Part shown: positions 15,493 to 24,095 of the stretch, in pieces
Layout of the letters: every line of letters begins with the position of its first letter
How positions within the stretch are numbered: the first letter of the stretch is position 1
NCBI GenBank assembly: GCA_007694025.1
Contig: RECL01000108.1
Coordinates: forward strand, 1 to 38,028
Origin: Spirochaetaceae bacterium
GTDB lineage: Bacteria; Spirochaetota; Spirochaetia; DSM-27196; SLST01
DNA length: 38,028 nucleotides
Direction: 5' to 3'
The notes under the pieces: model-generated
What the model saw: the letters and a program-made list of their open reading frames with translations, nothing else
Told to the model about the DNA's origin: nothing
Database searches by the model: none
Translations under genes and position numbers: made by a program

Positions 15493-15972
15493 GTGATAGA
15501 CACAACAACATCGGTTCAGTTGCTCGCGGGTCTGGCGATCGTCGTCTACGCGCTCGTGACGGTCGTTCTGACGCGCATCACGACACGAGCCGGCGTGTTG
15601 GCGGCGATCGGGCTCGTCCCTGGCGTCATCTGGGTCATAGCGCCGGACGCGCTTGCGGCGGGCAGCATGGACCTGCCGTTTGCGGTGCGTCGACCCGCGG
15701 TACTGCTGATCGGCGTAGCGGTCGCGGTCAGATACCTGTCGGCTCGGACCGATCAGCCGGCCGGAACACGGCGGGTGGCCGGGATCGTGAGCGCGATCTG
15801 CTTCTGGAGCGGAGTGACGGTCACGAGCGGAAACTGGCTGGTGTCGGTCGGTGCGCTGGTCGCCGCGGCGGTGTTCGCGACAGCGATCGGTCGTCACCGG
15901 GATGAGATCACCTCTGCAGCGTCTGCCGGTGGAGCCGTTCGGCGGCGGCGCGATCGCCGAGCGCCCGGATAA
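15493..15972 (+). CDS. Hypothetical 4-TM membrane protein (159 aa)
   Basis: GTG start, four hydrophobic helices, GC3-rich. I see no SD and recognise no family. The 3' 65 nt overlap the convergent DJ-1/PfpI gene. Confidence 0.5.
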   Translation: MIDTTTSVQLLAGLAIVVYALVTVVLTRITTRAGVLAAIGLVPGVIWVIAPDALAAGSMDLPFAVRRPAVLLIGVAVAVRYLSARTDQPAGTRRVAGIVSAICFWSGVTVTSGNWLVSVGALVAAAVFATAIGRHRDEITSAASAGGAVRRRRDRRAPG

Positions 15973-16453
15973 CCTCGAACGCAAACTCCGCGGCGGTCCC
16001 GGGACCACGGCTCGTGATCAGATTGCCGTCGACAACGACCCGATCATCGCTGAATCGTCCGCCGGTCACCTCGTCCTCGAAGCCCGGATAGCAGGTGTAC
16101 GCACGATCACCGATCAGGTCATGCCCGCCGAGCACGACTGCGGGCGCCGCGCAGATAGCCGCGACCAGGCCTCCGGATAGCAGCTGCGCGCGGATGAGCG
16201 CCATCGCATCGGCATTCGCGGCGATGTTCTGCGCACCGCGTTTGCCTCCGGGAATGATCACCGCGTCGAACGTATCTATCAGCTCGTCGACTGTGATATC
16301 GGTGTTCACGCGGATATCGTGCGCCCCGACGACATCGCGCCCGGTGACGCCGGCCACGGTCACGTCGATGTCGGCCCGTCGCAGGAAATCGATCGGCGTG
16401 ATCGCCTCGACTTCCTCGAACCCGTCTGCAAGAAGCACTACTACCTTCCTCAC
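15908..16453 (-). CDS. DJ-1/PfpI-family protein (181 aa)
   Basis: KVVVLLADGFEEVEAITPIDFLRRA...IIPGG.....L........L........GGLVAAICAAP.VL is the nucleophile-elbow Cys motif. GTG 16453 is chosen as the start. Confidence 0.9.
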   Translation of the reverse strand: MRKVVVLLADGFEEVEAITPIDFLRRADIDVTVAGVTGRDVVGAHDIRVNTDITVDELIDTFDAVIIPGGKRGAQNIAANADAMALIRAQLLSGGLVAAICAAPAVVLGGHDLIGDRAYTCYPGFEDEVTGGRFSDDRVVVDGNLITSRGPGTAAEFAFEVIRALGDRAAAERLHRQTLQR

Positions 16454-16561
16454 GCGTCCCCCCTGACCGAATAGTCGTACATAACCGCCGCCACGGCAAG
16501 GAGTGGACGATCGACCCGAGCGTGTTCGCGTCACGCCGCGTGGTCGATCCGCCTGGGCGCG

Positions 16562-17308
16562 CTACAGGAAGAGCCGAATGCTGACGATCGCGGTGGTGAC
16601 GATGATGAATGCTCGGTACGGACGCTCGGGGATCCTTCGAACCACGATCAGCCCCAGGAACACGCCGGCGACGATGACCGGGATGGCTATCGCGTTGACC
16701 AGCAGAGTCGAACCGGTGATCGTGCCCCAGACGAGTACGTGGAACGGGACCTTGAGCAGGTTAACCACGAAGAAGAACCACGCCCCGGTCCCGATGAGCT
16801 GGTTCTTCGTGAGCCCCATCGAAAACAGATAGAGCGCCATGATCGGGCCGGCGGCGTTTCCGACCATCGTCGCAAACCCGGAGACAACCCCCAGTATCGC
16901 AGAGATCCACCACCGGTTGGGCAGCACGATGTCGCGATGAAACAGCTCGCGGTACACCATAATCGCCAGACACGTGAGAACAACGACAGCCAGAAGCGCC
17001 CGAAACGATCCAGCGTCGATCGCGTCGCCCACCACGACACCGATCACGACGCCCAGAATCGTCCACGGCAGCAACTGACCGACGATCTTCCAGTCGGCGT
17101 GTTCGCGGTAATGCACAACCGCGACGATGTCCGCGGTGATAAGCATCGGCAGGATAATCCCAACCGACTGCTGTGCACCGAAGATCGCCGCCATCGCCGG
17201 AATTGCGAACATCGACGCACCGTTGAGCCCCGCCTTCGTCATCCCGATGAGGATCGCGGAGAAACCGAACACGGCCCACTGAACGGTCTCTATCGAGTGC
17301 AGGAGCAA
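16562..17308 (-). CDS. TauE/SafE-family sulfite/anion exporter (248 aa)
   Basis: Seven or eight TM helices with the internal-duplication pattern. GMTKAGLNGASMFAIPAMA and GNAAGPIMALYL are typical of TauE/SafE. TTG start at 17308 with a G-rich SD. Confidence 0.85.
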   Translation of the reverse strand: MLLHSIETVQWAVFGFSAILIGMTKAGLNGASMFAIPAMAAIFGAQQSVGIILPMLITADIVAVVHYREHADWKIVGQLLPWTILGVVIGVVVGDAIDAGSFRALLAVVVLTCLAIMVYRELFHRDIVLPNRWWISAILGVVSGFATMVGNAAGPIMALYLFSMGLTKNQLIGTGAWFFFVVNLLKVPFHVLVWGTITGSTLLVNAIAIPVIVAGVFLGLIVVRRIPERPYRAFIIVTTAIVSIRLFL

Positions 17309-17339
17309 TGCTTCCCCTTTGGCCTATCAGCTGTGCCGG

Positions 17340-17368
17340 AAAAAAAGATGGCCCGGCGTTGCCGGGCC
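17340..17368 (-). terminator. Rho-independent terminator downstream of the Ala/Glu-rich protein gene
   Basis: The minus strand reads GGCCCGGC-AAC-GCCGGGCC followed by ATC and TTTTTTT. That is an 8-bp GC stem, a 3-nt loop and a T7 tract, 20 nt after the stop at 17389. Confidence 0.75.
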
Positions 17369-17388
17369 TCAGAACTGATCGACTGCCT

Positions 17389-17976
17389 CTATTCGGACTT
17401 TCCGGCTGATTCGCTGTCGGCAGCGTCAGCCGCCGGCTCCTCAGCCGCCGGTTCTTCGGCGCTCGCTGCCTCCGCCACCGGCGGTTCGCTCTCCGACGCA
17501 TCGTCGGTCGGAGCATCGGCCGCCGGCGCTGCGTCATCGGTAGCGGGCTCGGTCTGGGCGGGCTCTTCCGCGCCCTCGGCCGCAGCAGCTTCGGAAGCTG
17601 CAGCTTCGGAAGCTGCTGCTTCGGTAGCCGCAGCTTCGGTAGCCGCAGCTTCCTCAGCTGCCGCCTCTGCCGCCTTTTCTGCCTCCGCAGCCGCCTTTCG
17701 CTCGGCAGCGGCGCGTTCCCGCGCTTCTGCCGCAGCAGCCGCTGCGGCCTCGGCCGCTTCCTTTTCGCGGACTACGCGCTTGCCGTCCTTCTCTTCCCGT
17801 CGCTTTATGTTTGCAAGAGTAGCCTTGCCGGCCTTACTCACGGCAACCTTCTTGCCGTCGAGCTCGACGTCGTAGAGCAGTTTGACACCGCTGCGCCCGG
17901 TAACCGGGCAGGTTCCACGCCCTGAACGAGGCTTCTCCGCCTTCAATGGCGTACCCCTGTGTGCCTTTGACATCAT
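17389..17976 (-). CDS. Hypothetical protein: basic about 65-aa N-terminal domain plus about 130-aa Ala/Glu-rich acidic tail (195 aa)
   Basis: AAGGAGAC precedes ATG 17976 (ATG 17973 is an alternative). The sequence is MSKAHRGTPLKAEKPRSGRGTCPVTGRSGVKLLYDVELDGKKVAVSKAGKATLANIKRREEKDGKR, then EAAEAAAAAAAEARERAAAERKAAAEAEKAAEAAAEEAAATEAAATEAAASEAAASE... It has its own promoter and terminator. I recognise no family. Confidence 0.7.
   Translation of the reverse strand: MMSKAHRGTPLKAEKPRSGRGTCPVTGRSGVKLLYDVELDGKKVAVSKAGKATLANIKRREEKDGKRVVREKEAAEAAAAAAAEARERAAAERKAAAEAEKAAEAAAEEAAATEAAATEAAASEAAASEAAAAEGAEEPAQTEPATDDAAPAADAPTDDASESEPPVAEAASAEEPAAEEPAADAADSESAGKSE
17585..17659 (-). repeat. Five tandem 15-nt units inside the Ala/Glu-rich coding region
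   Basis: Plus strand: GCAGCTTCGGAAGCT x2 (17585..17614), GCTGCTTCGGTAGCC, GCAGCTTCGGTAGCC, then a degenerate GCAGCTTCCTCAGCT. They encode the AASEA/AATEA pentapeptide repeats. A further 15-nt pair lies at 17428..17457 (EEPAA x2). Confidence 0.9.
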
Positions 17977-18002
17977 GTCTCCTTCGGTCGGTGTGAGCAG
18001 CA

Positions 18003-18031
18003 AGCATACAAAGCCGCTTCGCGCGGGTCAA
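18003..18031 (-). promoter_or_regulatory. Putative sigma70-type promoter of the Ala/Glu-rich protein gene
   Basis: The minus strand reads TTGACC (18031..18026) - 17 nt - TATGCT (18008..18003). A 26-nt stretch containing AAGGAG follows before ATG 17976. Confidence 0.4.
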
Positions 18032-18051
18032 TATCTGGCGCAATCAATGAC

Positions 18052-18124
18052 CGGCGCCGTCGAGGCGCCGCTCCGGTCGAATCTGATAATGAAGATCGAG
18101 TCCGGCCCGAGGGCGACCGGACTC
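18052..18124 (-). terminator. Two GC-rich hairpins downstream of the second giant gene (possible terminator region)
   Basis: GAGTCCGG(18098..18105)-N11-CCGGACTC(18117..18124) is followed on the minus strand by the moderately U-rich GAUCUUCAUUAUC. A second hairpin is CGGCGCC(18052..18058)-GTCGA-GGCGCCG(18064..18070). There is no clean U-tract. Confidence 0.3.
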
Positions 18125-18137
18125 AGGTGCATCGTAT

Positions 18138-20990
18138 CTACCGAACCAGGTAGAACTCCACCCTGCGATTGATGAACCGCTCGTCAAGATCACTGAACGG
18201 AATGAGCGGTCGCAACTTGCCCCACCATTCGCGCGTGAACCGGCCACGATCGATGCCACGAGCCGCGAGCGCGTCGAGGATCGTCTCAGTCCGTCCCCGG
18301 CTCAGCGGGATCAGCGTCTGAACATGCTCAAGATCCGAACGCTCGGCGTCGTAGTAGAGGACGCTCACCGCGTGCCCGTGCATGTCGACCCGGTAGTTCG
18401 GGAACTTCCGCAGCGCCGCAGCGAGCTGATCGAGCGCGGCGACGTTCCGCTCCGACAGCTCCTTGTTCCAGTTCAGGTAGCGGGTCGTGTAACCCTCAAA
18501 AATGATGTCGTCGATCAGGATCCGCCGCATCCCGAAGCGCTCTTCGGTCAGTACGTCGACGGTCAGCGTCTCACTGCCCGTGATCACGTTGCCCGATCCG
18601 TCGGTTATCTCGTAGGCGACCTGGTAGTCGGTCGCCATCCGGACGAGCTCGCCTGAAGCGCTTCTCCCGTCCCACTCGAACGATCGAACCGGGTCGCTGC
18701 CGCTGCGCCGGTAGAACTCGGTTCCATCGGGGCGCAGGACACGGATGGTCCACGACGCGATCGGTCTGCCGTCGGCGACGGCGATGACCATATCCACGGT
18801 GTCGGCGACCCCGTCGCCGTCCGGGCGGAATAGCTGAGGCATGAGCCTGAGTGCGACTGCAGCCCGAGTCGGGTCGACGCTGAGCGCGATCGTGTCGGTC
18901 TGCGCCTCCCTGATCGTGCCGTTGCGGTGTTCCACTCGGAGCACGCCGACGTAGCCGCCGTCGGGGGCGCGCTGACCGGTCGCGGTTGTCCCGTCCCAGT
19001 ACGCGGTCCCACGCGGGCTGTCGCCCGTGATCTCTGCGACCACGCGTCCATCGAGCGCGCGAATCTGTCCGACAAACGACACGATCTCTCCGATCGGTTC
19101 GACGAAGGGTATGAACTCGACGATGTCATTCACACCGTCGCCGGTCGGACTCAGGATCGCCGAACTCGCGCGCAGCGCGACCCGCGGAATCGTGTTGTCG
19201 ATCGTCATCGGCGGGCTGACCGCGCGTGGGCGGTTGCCCTTCTCGTAGATCAGGTCGAGCGCCGCGAAGTACTGCGCCTCCGGCATCAGCTGCCCGGCGG
19301 CGTTCCGACCGTCCCACGGGAACTGCGCGGGCAGCGGACCGGTGCCTTCGAACGAAAGCACCTCGTTCGCCTGCGCATCGACGATCCGGAAGCGGTACTC
19401 GGCAATCCCGGTCGGCACCGACAGTTCGGGACGGATGACAACGACGTCACCCTGCCCGTCTCCGTTCGGCGAGAAGTACTCCCTGCTCAGCACGAGCTCA
19501 ACGTCGGTTGGACGCCGGTCAATCGTGACCTGCACGAAGCTGGTTTCGGTCCGGTTTCCAGCCGGATCGGTGCCTACAATGCGGTAGCGGTACGTTCCGT
19601 CGGGAATCGGATTCCCGGCCAGATCGCGACCGTCCCAGACGATCCGGCGATCCGCCACCGGATCGAGCACGAACGACTCGAGCAACGCTCCGGACGCATG
19701 GTCCAAGACTTCACCAACCCACTCGGCGTCATCGGAGATCGTGTGGGTAACCGTGATCGTGTCCTTGAAACCGTCTCCGGTCGGGAGTTCCGGGCTGAAG
19801 ACCCGGTCGGAGACCGCGAAGCTGCCGATCGGGGGCGTCACGTCGAGTACCGCAGTCGCGGTCGCCGACACGACCATCCCGTTCAGGTACCGCGCAGTCA
19901 CTGTCAGCTCGTACTCGCCTTCGGGGGCGCGTTGCGATCGCTCCTGATCCACGTACCCTGTCAGCGGAAGGATCGCAGTCACGGCTGGTGTGATGTCGAC
20001 GCTTCCCGAAACCGGCCCGGTGGCTGAAAGTTCTACGCTGTCAAGCAGATCGGTATTGACGTTCAGGCCGCCGAAGCTCAGGAGCAGCTCGTCGCGCACG
20101 CCGCTGTCGTTCGGGGAGAACGCGAAGCCGCCGCCCGGCATCGCGGACTCGATCACGATCGGACGATCGGCGGTGTCGACCACGACTATGATAGGATCGA
20201 TTCTGCCGAGATTTCCAGCGCGGTCGCGTCCCTCGAGCGTGTAGCGGTACGAGCCATCCGGAACCGGATTACCGGCGATATCACGACCGTCCCATACAAA
20301 CTCGCGTGCCGCGAATCCCTGCCAGAAGACATTGAACACCTCGGCACCGGTGTCGACCGATACGACCCGGCCGGCCCACTCGACCTCTTCGCTGGTCGTC
20401 TGCGTGAGCGTCACGGTCTGACGCGCGCCACGAACGTCTGATCCTGGCGCGAAGTAGAGGTAATCGAGCTCTGCAGTCGCGGTCGGCGGCGTATTATCGA
20501 CGACAACGATCCGCGGATCGCTCGACACGACGTCTTCGGACGCGAGTGTGGCGGTGAGCACGTACGTGTACTCGCCATCGGGTACCCGAGCGCCGTCGGC
20601 GCCGAGCGTGGAGCCCTGGAAGGTACCGTTCCACGTGGTCGAAGCGGGTATAGTAACCGTAGTCTGACGCTGCGCGAGCCCCAGGTTCTGGAAGAGGCGC
20701 CCGAAGAAGCCGGGCTGATCGCTCTGATCGACGGCCGACTCGATCCACACGACGCGATCCTGTTGATCGCGGATCACGATCTCGTACGCGATGACGACGT
20801 TCCGGTTCCCCGATGCGGTGGTGACCGATATCGGGATCGTCAGCTCGTCCTGGACTCCCGGCGACGAGAACGGAGATATATAGACGGTGTCGTCCACCGC
20901 CACGCCGACTTGCGTGCGCTGAGACGCACCCCCCGCGAAGGTCATCGCTGCAACCAGCAGCAGACCACAGGCAACCATCACTCTACGCAT
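18138..20990 (-). CDS. Giant envelope protein B (950 aa): signal peptide, seven FlgD-type Ig-like modules, C-terminal OmpA/MotB-like domain
   Basis: GGAGGAG precedes ATG 20990, giving MRRVMVACGLLLVAAMTFAGG. Repeated motifs include FVWDGRDIAGNPVPDGSYRYTLEGRDRAGN, IVWDGRDLAGNPIPDGTYRYRIVGTDPAGN, FPWDGRNAAGQ, YWDGTTATGQRAPDGGY and FEWDGRSASGE. Module starts include FSPNGDGQGD and SPTGDGVND. The C-terminus reads ...MHGHAV....LSRGR......G....R......NRRVEFYLVR. The ORF-track start at 21200 would overlap the upstream gene. Confidence 0.9.
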   Translation of the reverse strand: MRRVMVACGLLLVAAMTFAGGASQRTQVGVAVDDTVYISPFSSPGVQDELTIPISVTTASGNRNVVIAYEIVIRDQQDRVVWIESAVDQSDQPGFFGRLFQNLGLAQRQTTVTIPASTTWNGTFQGSTLGADGARVPDGEYTYVLTATLASEDVVSSDPRIVVVDNTPPTATAELDYLYFAPGSDVRGARQTVTLTQTTSEEVEWAGRVVSVDTGAEVFNVFWQGFAAREFVWDGRDIAGNPVPDGSYRYTLEGRDRAGNLGRIDPIIVVVDTADRPIVIESAMPGGGFAFSPNDSGVRDELLLSFGGLNVNTDLLDSVELSATGPVSGSVDITPAVTAILPLTGYVDQERSQRAPEGEYELTVTARYLNGMVVSATATAVLDVTPPIGSFAVSDRVFSPELPTGDGFKDTITVTHTISDDAEWVGEVLDHASGALLESFVLDPVADRRIVWDGRDLAGNPIPDGTYRYRIVGTDPAGNRTETSFVQVTIDRRPTDVELVLSREYFSPNGDGQGDVVVIRPELSVPTGIAEYRFRIVDAQANEVLSFEGTGPLPAQFPWDGRNAAGQLMPEAQYFAALDLIYEKGNRPRAVSPPMTIDNTIPRVALRASSAILSPTGDGVNDIVEFIPFVEPIGEIVSFVGQIRALDGRVVAEITGDSPRGTAYWDGTTATGQRAPDGGYVGVLRVEHRNGTIREAQTDTIALSVDPTRAAVALRLMPQLFRPDGDGVADTVDMVIAVADGRPIASWTIRVLRPDGTEFYRRSGSDPVRSFEWDGRSASGELVRMATDYQVAYEITDGSGNVITGSETLTVDVLTEERFGMRRILIDDIIFEGYTTRYLNWNKELSERNVAALDQLAAALRKFPNYRVDMHGHAVSVLYYDAERSDLEHVQTLIPLSRGRTETILDALAARGIDRGRFTREWWGKLRPLIPFSDLDERFINRRVEFYLVR

Positions 20991-21009
20991 ACGTCTCCTC
21001 CGGCGGATT

Positions 21010-23868
21010 CTATTCGAGTATGAAGTCCACTCGTCGATTCTTCCAGGCGTTCTCCCGATCTTCGTGCGGTACGACCGGGTGGACACCCCCCTCGCCGACC
21101 ATCCGCATCCTTCTCTCCGGCACCCCGAGCAGCCGTAGCGCGCTGCCGACCGACTCGGCCCTGCGCCTTGATAGCTCGATCTGTTCGGCGCCTCCCTCAA
21201 TATCGCGCGTCGCGTGCCCGCGAATCAACACGGATCGCTCCGGGTAGCGCGTCAGGAGCGCAGCCACCGTCGCAAGCACCGCCCGGTTCGCACGAAACGC
21301 GTCGACGCCGGAGTCCTCCAGAGAAGCCGAGCCGGCGGCGAAACGCACGTCGGGTACCATGATACGCGGAAGATCGCCATCCCGCAAGAGCATCGCACCG
21401 ACCTCTCCGGAGGTTTCCGCAACCGACCGATTGCCGAATCGATCAACGACCGACAGCCGCGCGCGATACCGGATCAGGCTCGGGACGAGCGTGCCGTCGT
21501 CGGAGCGACCGTCCCACGCCACCCGCGATGGCGGATCGCCGGAGCCCGTCCACGACCGGATCGGCACCAGATCGGGCCCGTAGATGTCGAGTCGCCACGA
21601 CTCGACCGTCGACACCGACACGGCTCCGATGGAAAACTCTGCGATACCGTCGACATCGTCGCCATCCGGCGTGAACACCAACGGGTCGACGGTGAGCGCA
21701 ACATCGGGCGGTCGCCGATGCGGTGGCAGCGAAGCAGCATCGACGGTCAGCGCGAGCGAAGCCGATCCGACCGCGCCGGCGGGAGTCCTGGCACTCAGCG
21801 TGTAGAGGTATTCCCCGTCGGCGACGAGTGCCCCGGATGCATCACGCGCATCCCAGACGAAGACCGGCGGCAGCGTCGCCCAGGAGCGCTCCAGCACCAG
21901 GCGTCCGTCGGGACCGGTGATCCGGGCGACCCATTCGTCGGCCGAGGCACGCTGAGATATCGCTACGGTGTCGCGGTAACCGTCGCCGTCGCTCCGCAGC
22001 ACGCGATACGGCACAGAGAGTTCGTACACCTCGGGCCTTCGACGGCTCACCGTGACCCGTAGCGCATCGCTTGTTACCAGCGCTCCGTTGCCGAACCTGA
22101 CCGACAGCGTCGCGCTGTACTCACCATCAACGACCGTAACGGGTCCGTCTGCATGCCCGTCCCAGACAAAACGATCGTGGAGCCCCGACACGGTCGACTC
22201 CAGGACGACGTGCGCCCCGGCGCGAATCGTCAGCGTCGACGATTCGACCAGATCCGCCGGAGTCGCGGTGGCCCGCAGGGCGATCGACTCACGAAGGCTG
22301 TCGACGACCGGGGCAAAACCAGGAGCGTCGGCATCGAACGACACCGCGCCCACGCGGGTATCGCGCACGACCCGGACGCGGTTGGTCGATCCCCGGTTGC
22401 CCGCGTGGTCGATCCCCTCCAGATGGATCGTGTACACGCCGTCGGGTGCGGCCCCTCCCCCTCCGATCGTGCGGCCGTTGAGGACTCCGTCGACCGACCA
22501 CTCGTACTCTGCCTCGGTGAGGTCGGTGGCGAGCTGCGGCAACGGTATCGTAACGCTGTACGCGTCGGAATCGACCGGCTGCACCAGAACGTTCGCGCTC
22601 CACTGCGCCGGCTCGGACACGACGACGGAGAACCGTACCGTCGGCCGGTCGGAACCACCGAACACGATCGATCCACCGGGCGGGGATGCAAGCGGTGCGG
22701 TAACGGCCGCGAGCGAGCCAAAAGGTGGCTCCGAGTCGACCGAAACGACCACAGGCCGAGACTCGATCCGATGCCCCTCCTGATACCGAACCGACAGCAC
22801 GAGTGAGTACGCGTCGTCGTTCAACAACTGACCCGACACGGCCCTGCCGTCGAATCGGATCTCCCGCGGCGGCGCGCCTGTGCCGCGCGCGACGATGAAG
22901 GCACGGTCAGGATCCCGCCGACCGATCGCGGTGAGGTCGTACGACAGCGCGAGCTCGGGCTCACCGACGCTCGCAGAGAGCGTGACCACGCGCGTCGGCC
23001 CAACCGCGTGCGGCGACAACGCCGGTCCGTCGGCGCTGATCTCGACCGACAGCCCTCTCGCGGCGACCCGGAACGCAACCGATCCGCTCGTGCGATTTCC
23101 GGCTCGATCCTCCCCGTGTAGCTCGTAGCGGTAGATCCCGTCCGGTATCGCACGGCCGGGTCCAGCTTCGCCCGGGGCGAGCACGACCGCGTCCCAGACG
23201 AACTCGGGCGGGGGATGCGGCCCGACCCACTCGCGGCGAAGCCACACGGTGCCATCACCGATGACGGTAGCGGTCCAGAGTTGCCCGCGGTCTCCGGTCT
23301 GCCGGACGCGCAACGGAGCGTCGGGATCGCCCGGCACGACGACCGGAAGATCAACTTCGAGCGGGCCTACGTGCGGGGGCACCCGGTCAACCACGACGGG
23401 TACCAGTGGCGCCACCATCGCGACGCCGGCTCCATCGGTGGCCACAAACTGGAACGCGTACCTGCCGTCGGGGACGGGAGTTCCGTCACGCTCGGTCGAG
23501 CCGCGGTACGTGCCGTCCCATACGATCTGGTCGGGAATCCCATCGGTCTCCGGCAGGCCGCGGATCCGTCGCCACGCGGCTTCCAGAACGCCCGGCTCAC
23601 GCTGTGACCAGACCCATACGCGCTCACCGGCCCGGTCGCCGTCCACCGCGTACACCGCCGCGTCCAGTCGTACAAGCGGTCTGCCCGACGCGTGTTCACG
23701 CGGGGACTCGATCCGAAGCGCGCGCTGCGACGAACCTGCTTGCGGCGACACGTGGATCTCTGTCGAAACGGTCTGCTGTGATGGTGATAGGGCCTCCTGC
23801 GCGCGGCCGGCCGTAAACGCCGTGGCCGAAAGCGTAATCAGGCAGCAGAACAGGACGGTTCGTGTCAT
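21010..23868 (-). CDS. Giant envelope protein A (952 aa), co-linear paralog of B: signal peptide, seven FlgD-type Ig-like modules, OmpA/MotB-like C-terminus
   Basis: ATG 23868 gives MTRTVLFCCLITLSATAFTAGRAQE and shares the A of the upstream TGA (TGATG). Motifs include IVWDGTYRGSTERDGTPVPDGRYAF, FVWDAVVL...AIPDGIYRYELHGEDRAGN, FVWDGHADGPVTVVDGEY, FVWDARDASGALVADGEYLY and VAWDGRSDDGTLV. The C-terminus reads IRGHATRDIEGG..IELSRRRAESV...LG.....M...G.....NRRVDFILE. Confidence 0.9.
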   Translation of the reverse strand: MTRTVLFCCLITLSATAFTAGRAQEALSPSQQTVSTEIHVSPQAGSSQRALRIESPREHASGRPLVRLDAAVYAVDGDRAGERVWVWSQREPGVLEAAWRRIRGLPETDGIPDQIVWDGTYRGSTERDGTPVPDGRYAFQFVATDGAGVAMVAPLVPVVVDRVPPHVGPLEVDLPVVVPGDPDAPLRVRQTGDRGQLWTATVIGDGTVWLRREWVGPHPPPEFVWDAVVLAPGEAGPGRAIPDGIYRYELHGEDRAGNRTSGSVAFRVAARGLSVEISADGPALSPHAVGPTRVVTLSASVGEPELALSYDLTAIGRRDPDRAFIVARGTGAPPREIRFDGRAVSGQLLNDDAYSLVLSVRYQEGHRIESRPVVVSVDSEPPFGSLAAVTAPLASPPGGSIVFGGSDRPTVRFSVVVSEPAQWSANVLVQPVDSDAYSVTIPLPQLATDLTEAEYEWSVDGVLNGRTIGGGGAAPDGVYTIHLEGIDHAGNRGSTNRVRVVRDTRVGAVSFDADAPGFAPVVDSLRESIALRATATPADLVESSTLTIRAGAHVVLESTVSGLHDRFVWDGHADGPVTVVDGEYSATLSVRFGNGALVTSDALRVTVSRRRPEVYELSVPYRVLRSDGDGYRDTVAISQRASADEWVARITGPDGRLVLERSWATLPPVFVWDARDASGALVADGEYLYTLSARTPAGAVGSASLALTVDAASLPPHRRPPDVALTVDPLVFTPDGDDVDGIAEFSIGAVSVSTVESWRLDIYGPDLVPIRSWTGSGDPPSRVAWDGRSDDGTLVPSLIRYRARLSVVDRFGNRSVAETSGEVGAMLLRDGDLPRIMVPDVRFAAGSASLEDSGVDAFRANRAVLATVAALLTRYPERSVLIRGHATRDIEGGAEQIELSRRRAESVGSALRLLGVPERRMRMVGEGGVHPVVPHEDRENAWKNRRVDFILE

Positions 23869-24089
23869 CAGCGGCGAAGTCTGGTTCGGAACTTGACGCC
23901 TGCCACGTCGCACGCGACACGGACGTCCTGCTCGACGTCACGGGTCGCCTCGGCTTCGACGGTGCCTCGCCCGACGTCGACCGCGACCGAGCGGATCGAC
24001 GACACGATCGACAGGCTCTTTCGAAGAAGCACCGCCTTGCTGTCGGTGAGTCCATCGACGATGTAGCGGTACACCTTTTTGCCGAACAT
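23868..24089 (-). CDS. Small (73 aa) HMA-like ferredoxin-fold protein lacking the CxxC metal site
   Basis: MFGKKVYRYIVDGLTDSKAVLLRKSLSIVSSIRSVAVDVGRGTVEAEATRDVEQDVRVACDVAGVKF... aligns position-for-position with the HMA/CopZ pattern (V.GM.C..C...V...L....GV..V.V.L..G.V.V.......I...I...GY), but GMxCxxC reads GLTDSKA. Its stop is coupled to giant gene A. A -10 box sits 6 nt upstream of ATG 24089. GTG 24146 is a longer alternative start. Confidence 0.6.
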   Translation of the reverse strand: MFGKKVYRYIVDGLTDSKAVLLRKSLSIVSSIRSVAVDVGRGTVEAEATRDVEQDVRVACDVAGVKFRTRLRR

Positions 24090-24095
24090 GAGGCG

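Noticed and set aside
16739-17875. 378-aa plus-strand ORF
   Set aside because: It spans the antisense of TauE and of the Ala/Glu-rich gene. Its Ser/Ala tail is simply the reverse-complement reading of the GCN/GAR repeats.
20991-21200. N-terminal 70-codon extension of giant protein B (ORF-track start at 21200)
   Set aside because: It would overlap the 3' end of giant gene A by 190 nt and encodes Arg/Ser/Gly junk. ATG 20990 has a GGAGGAG SD and yields a proper signal peptide.
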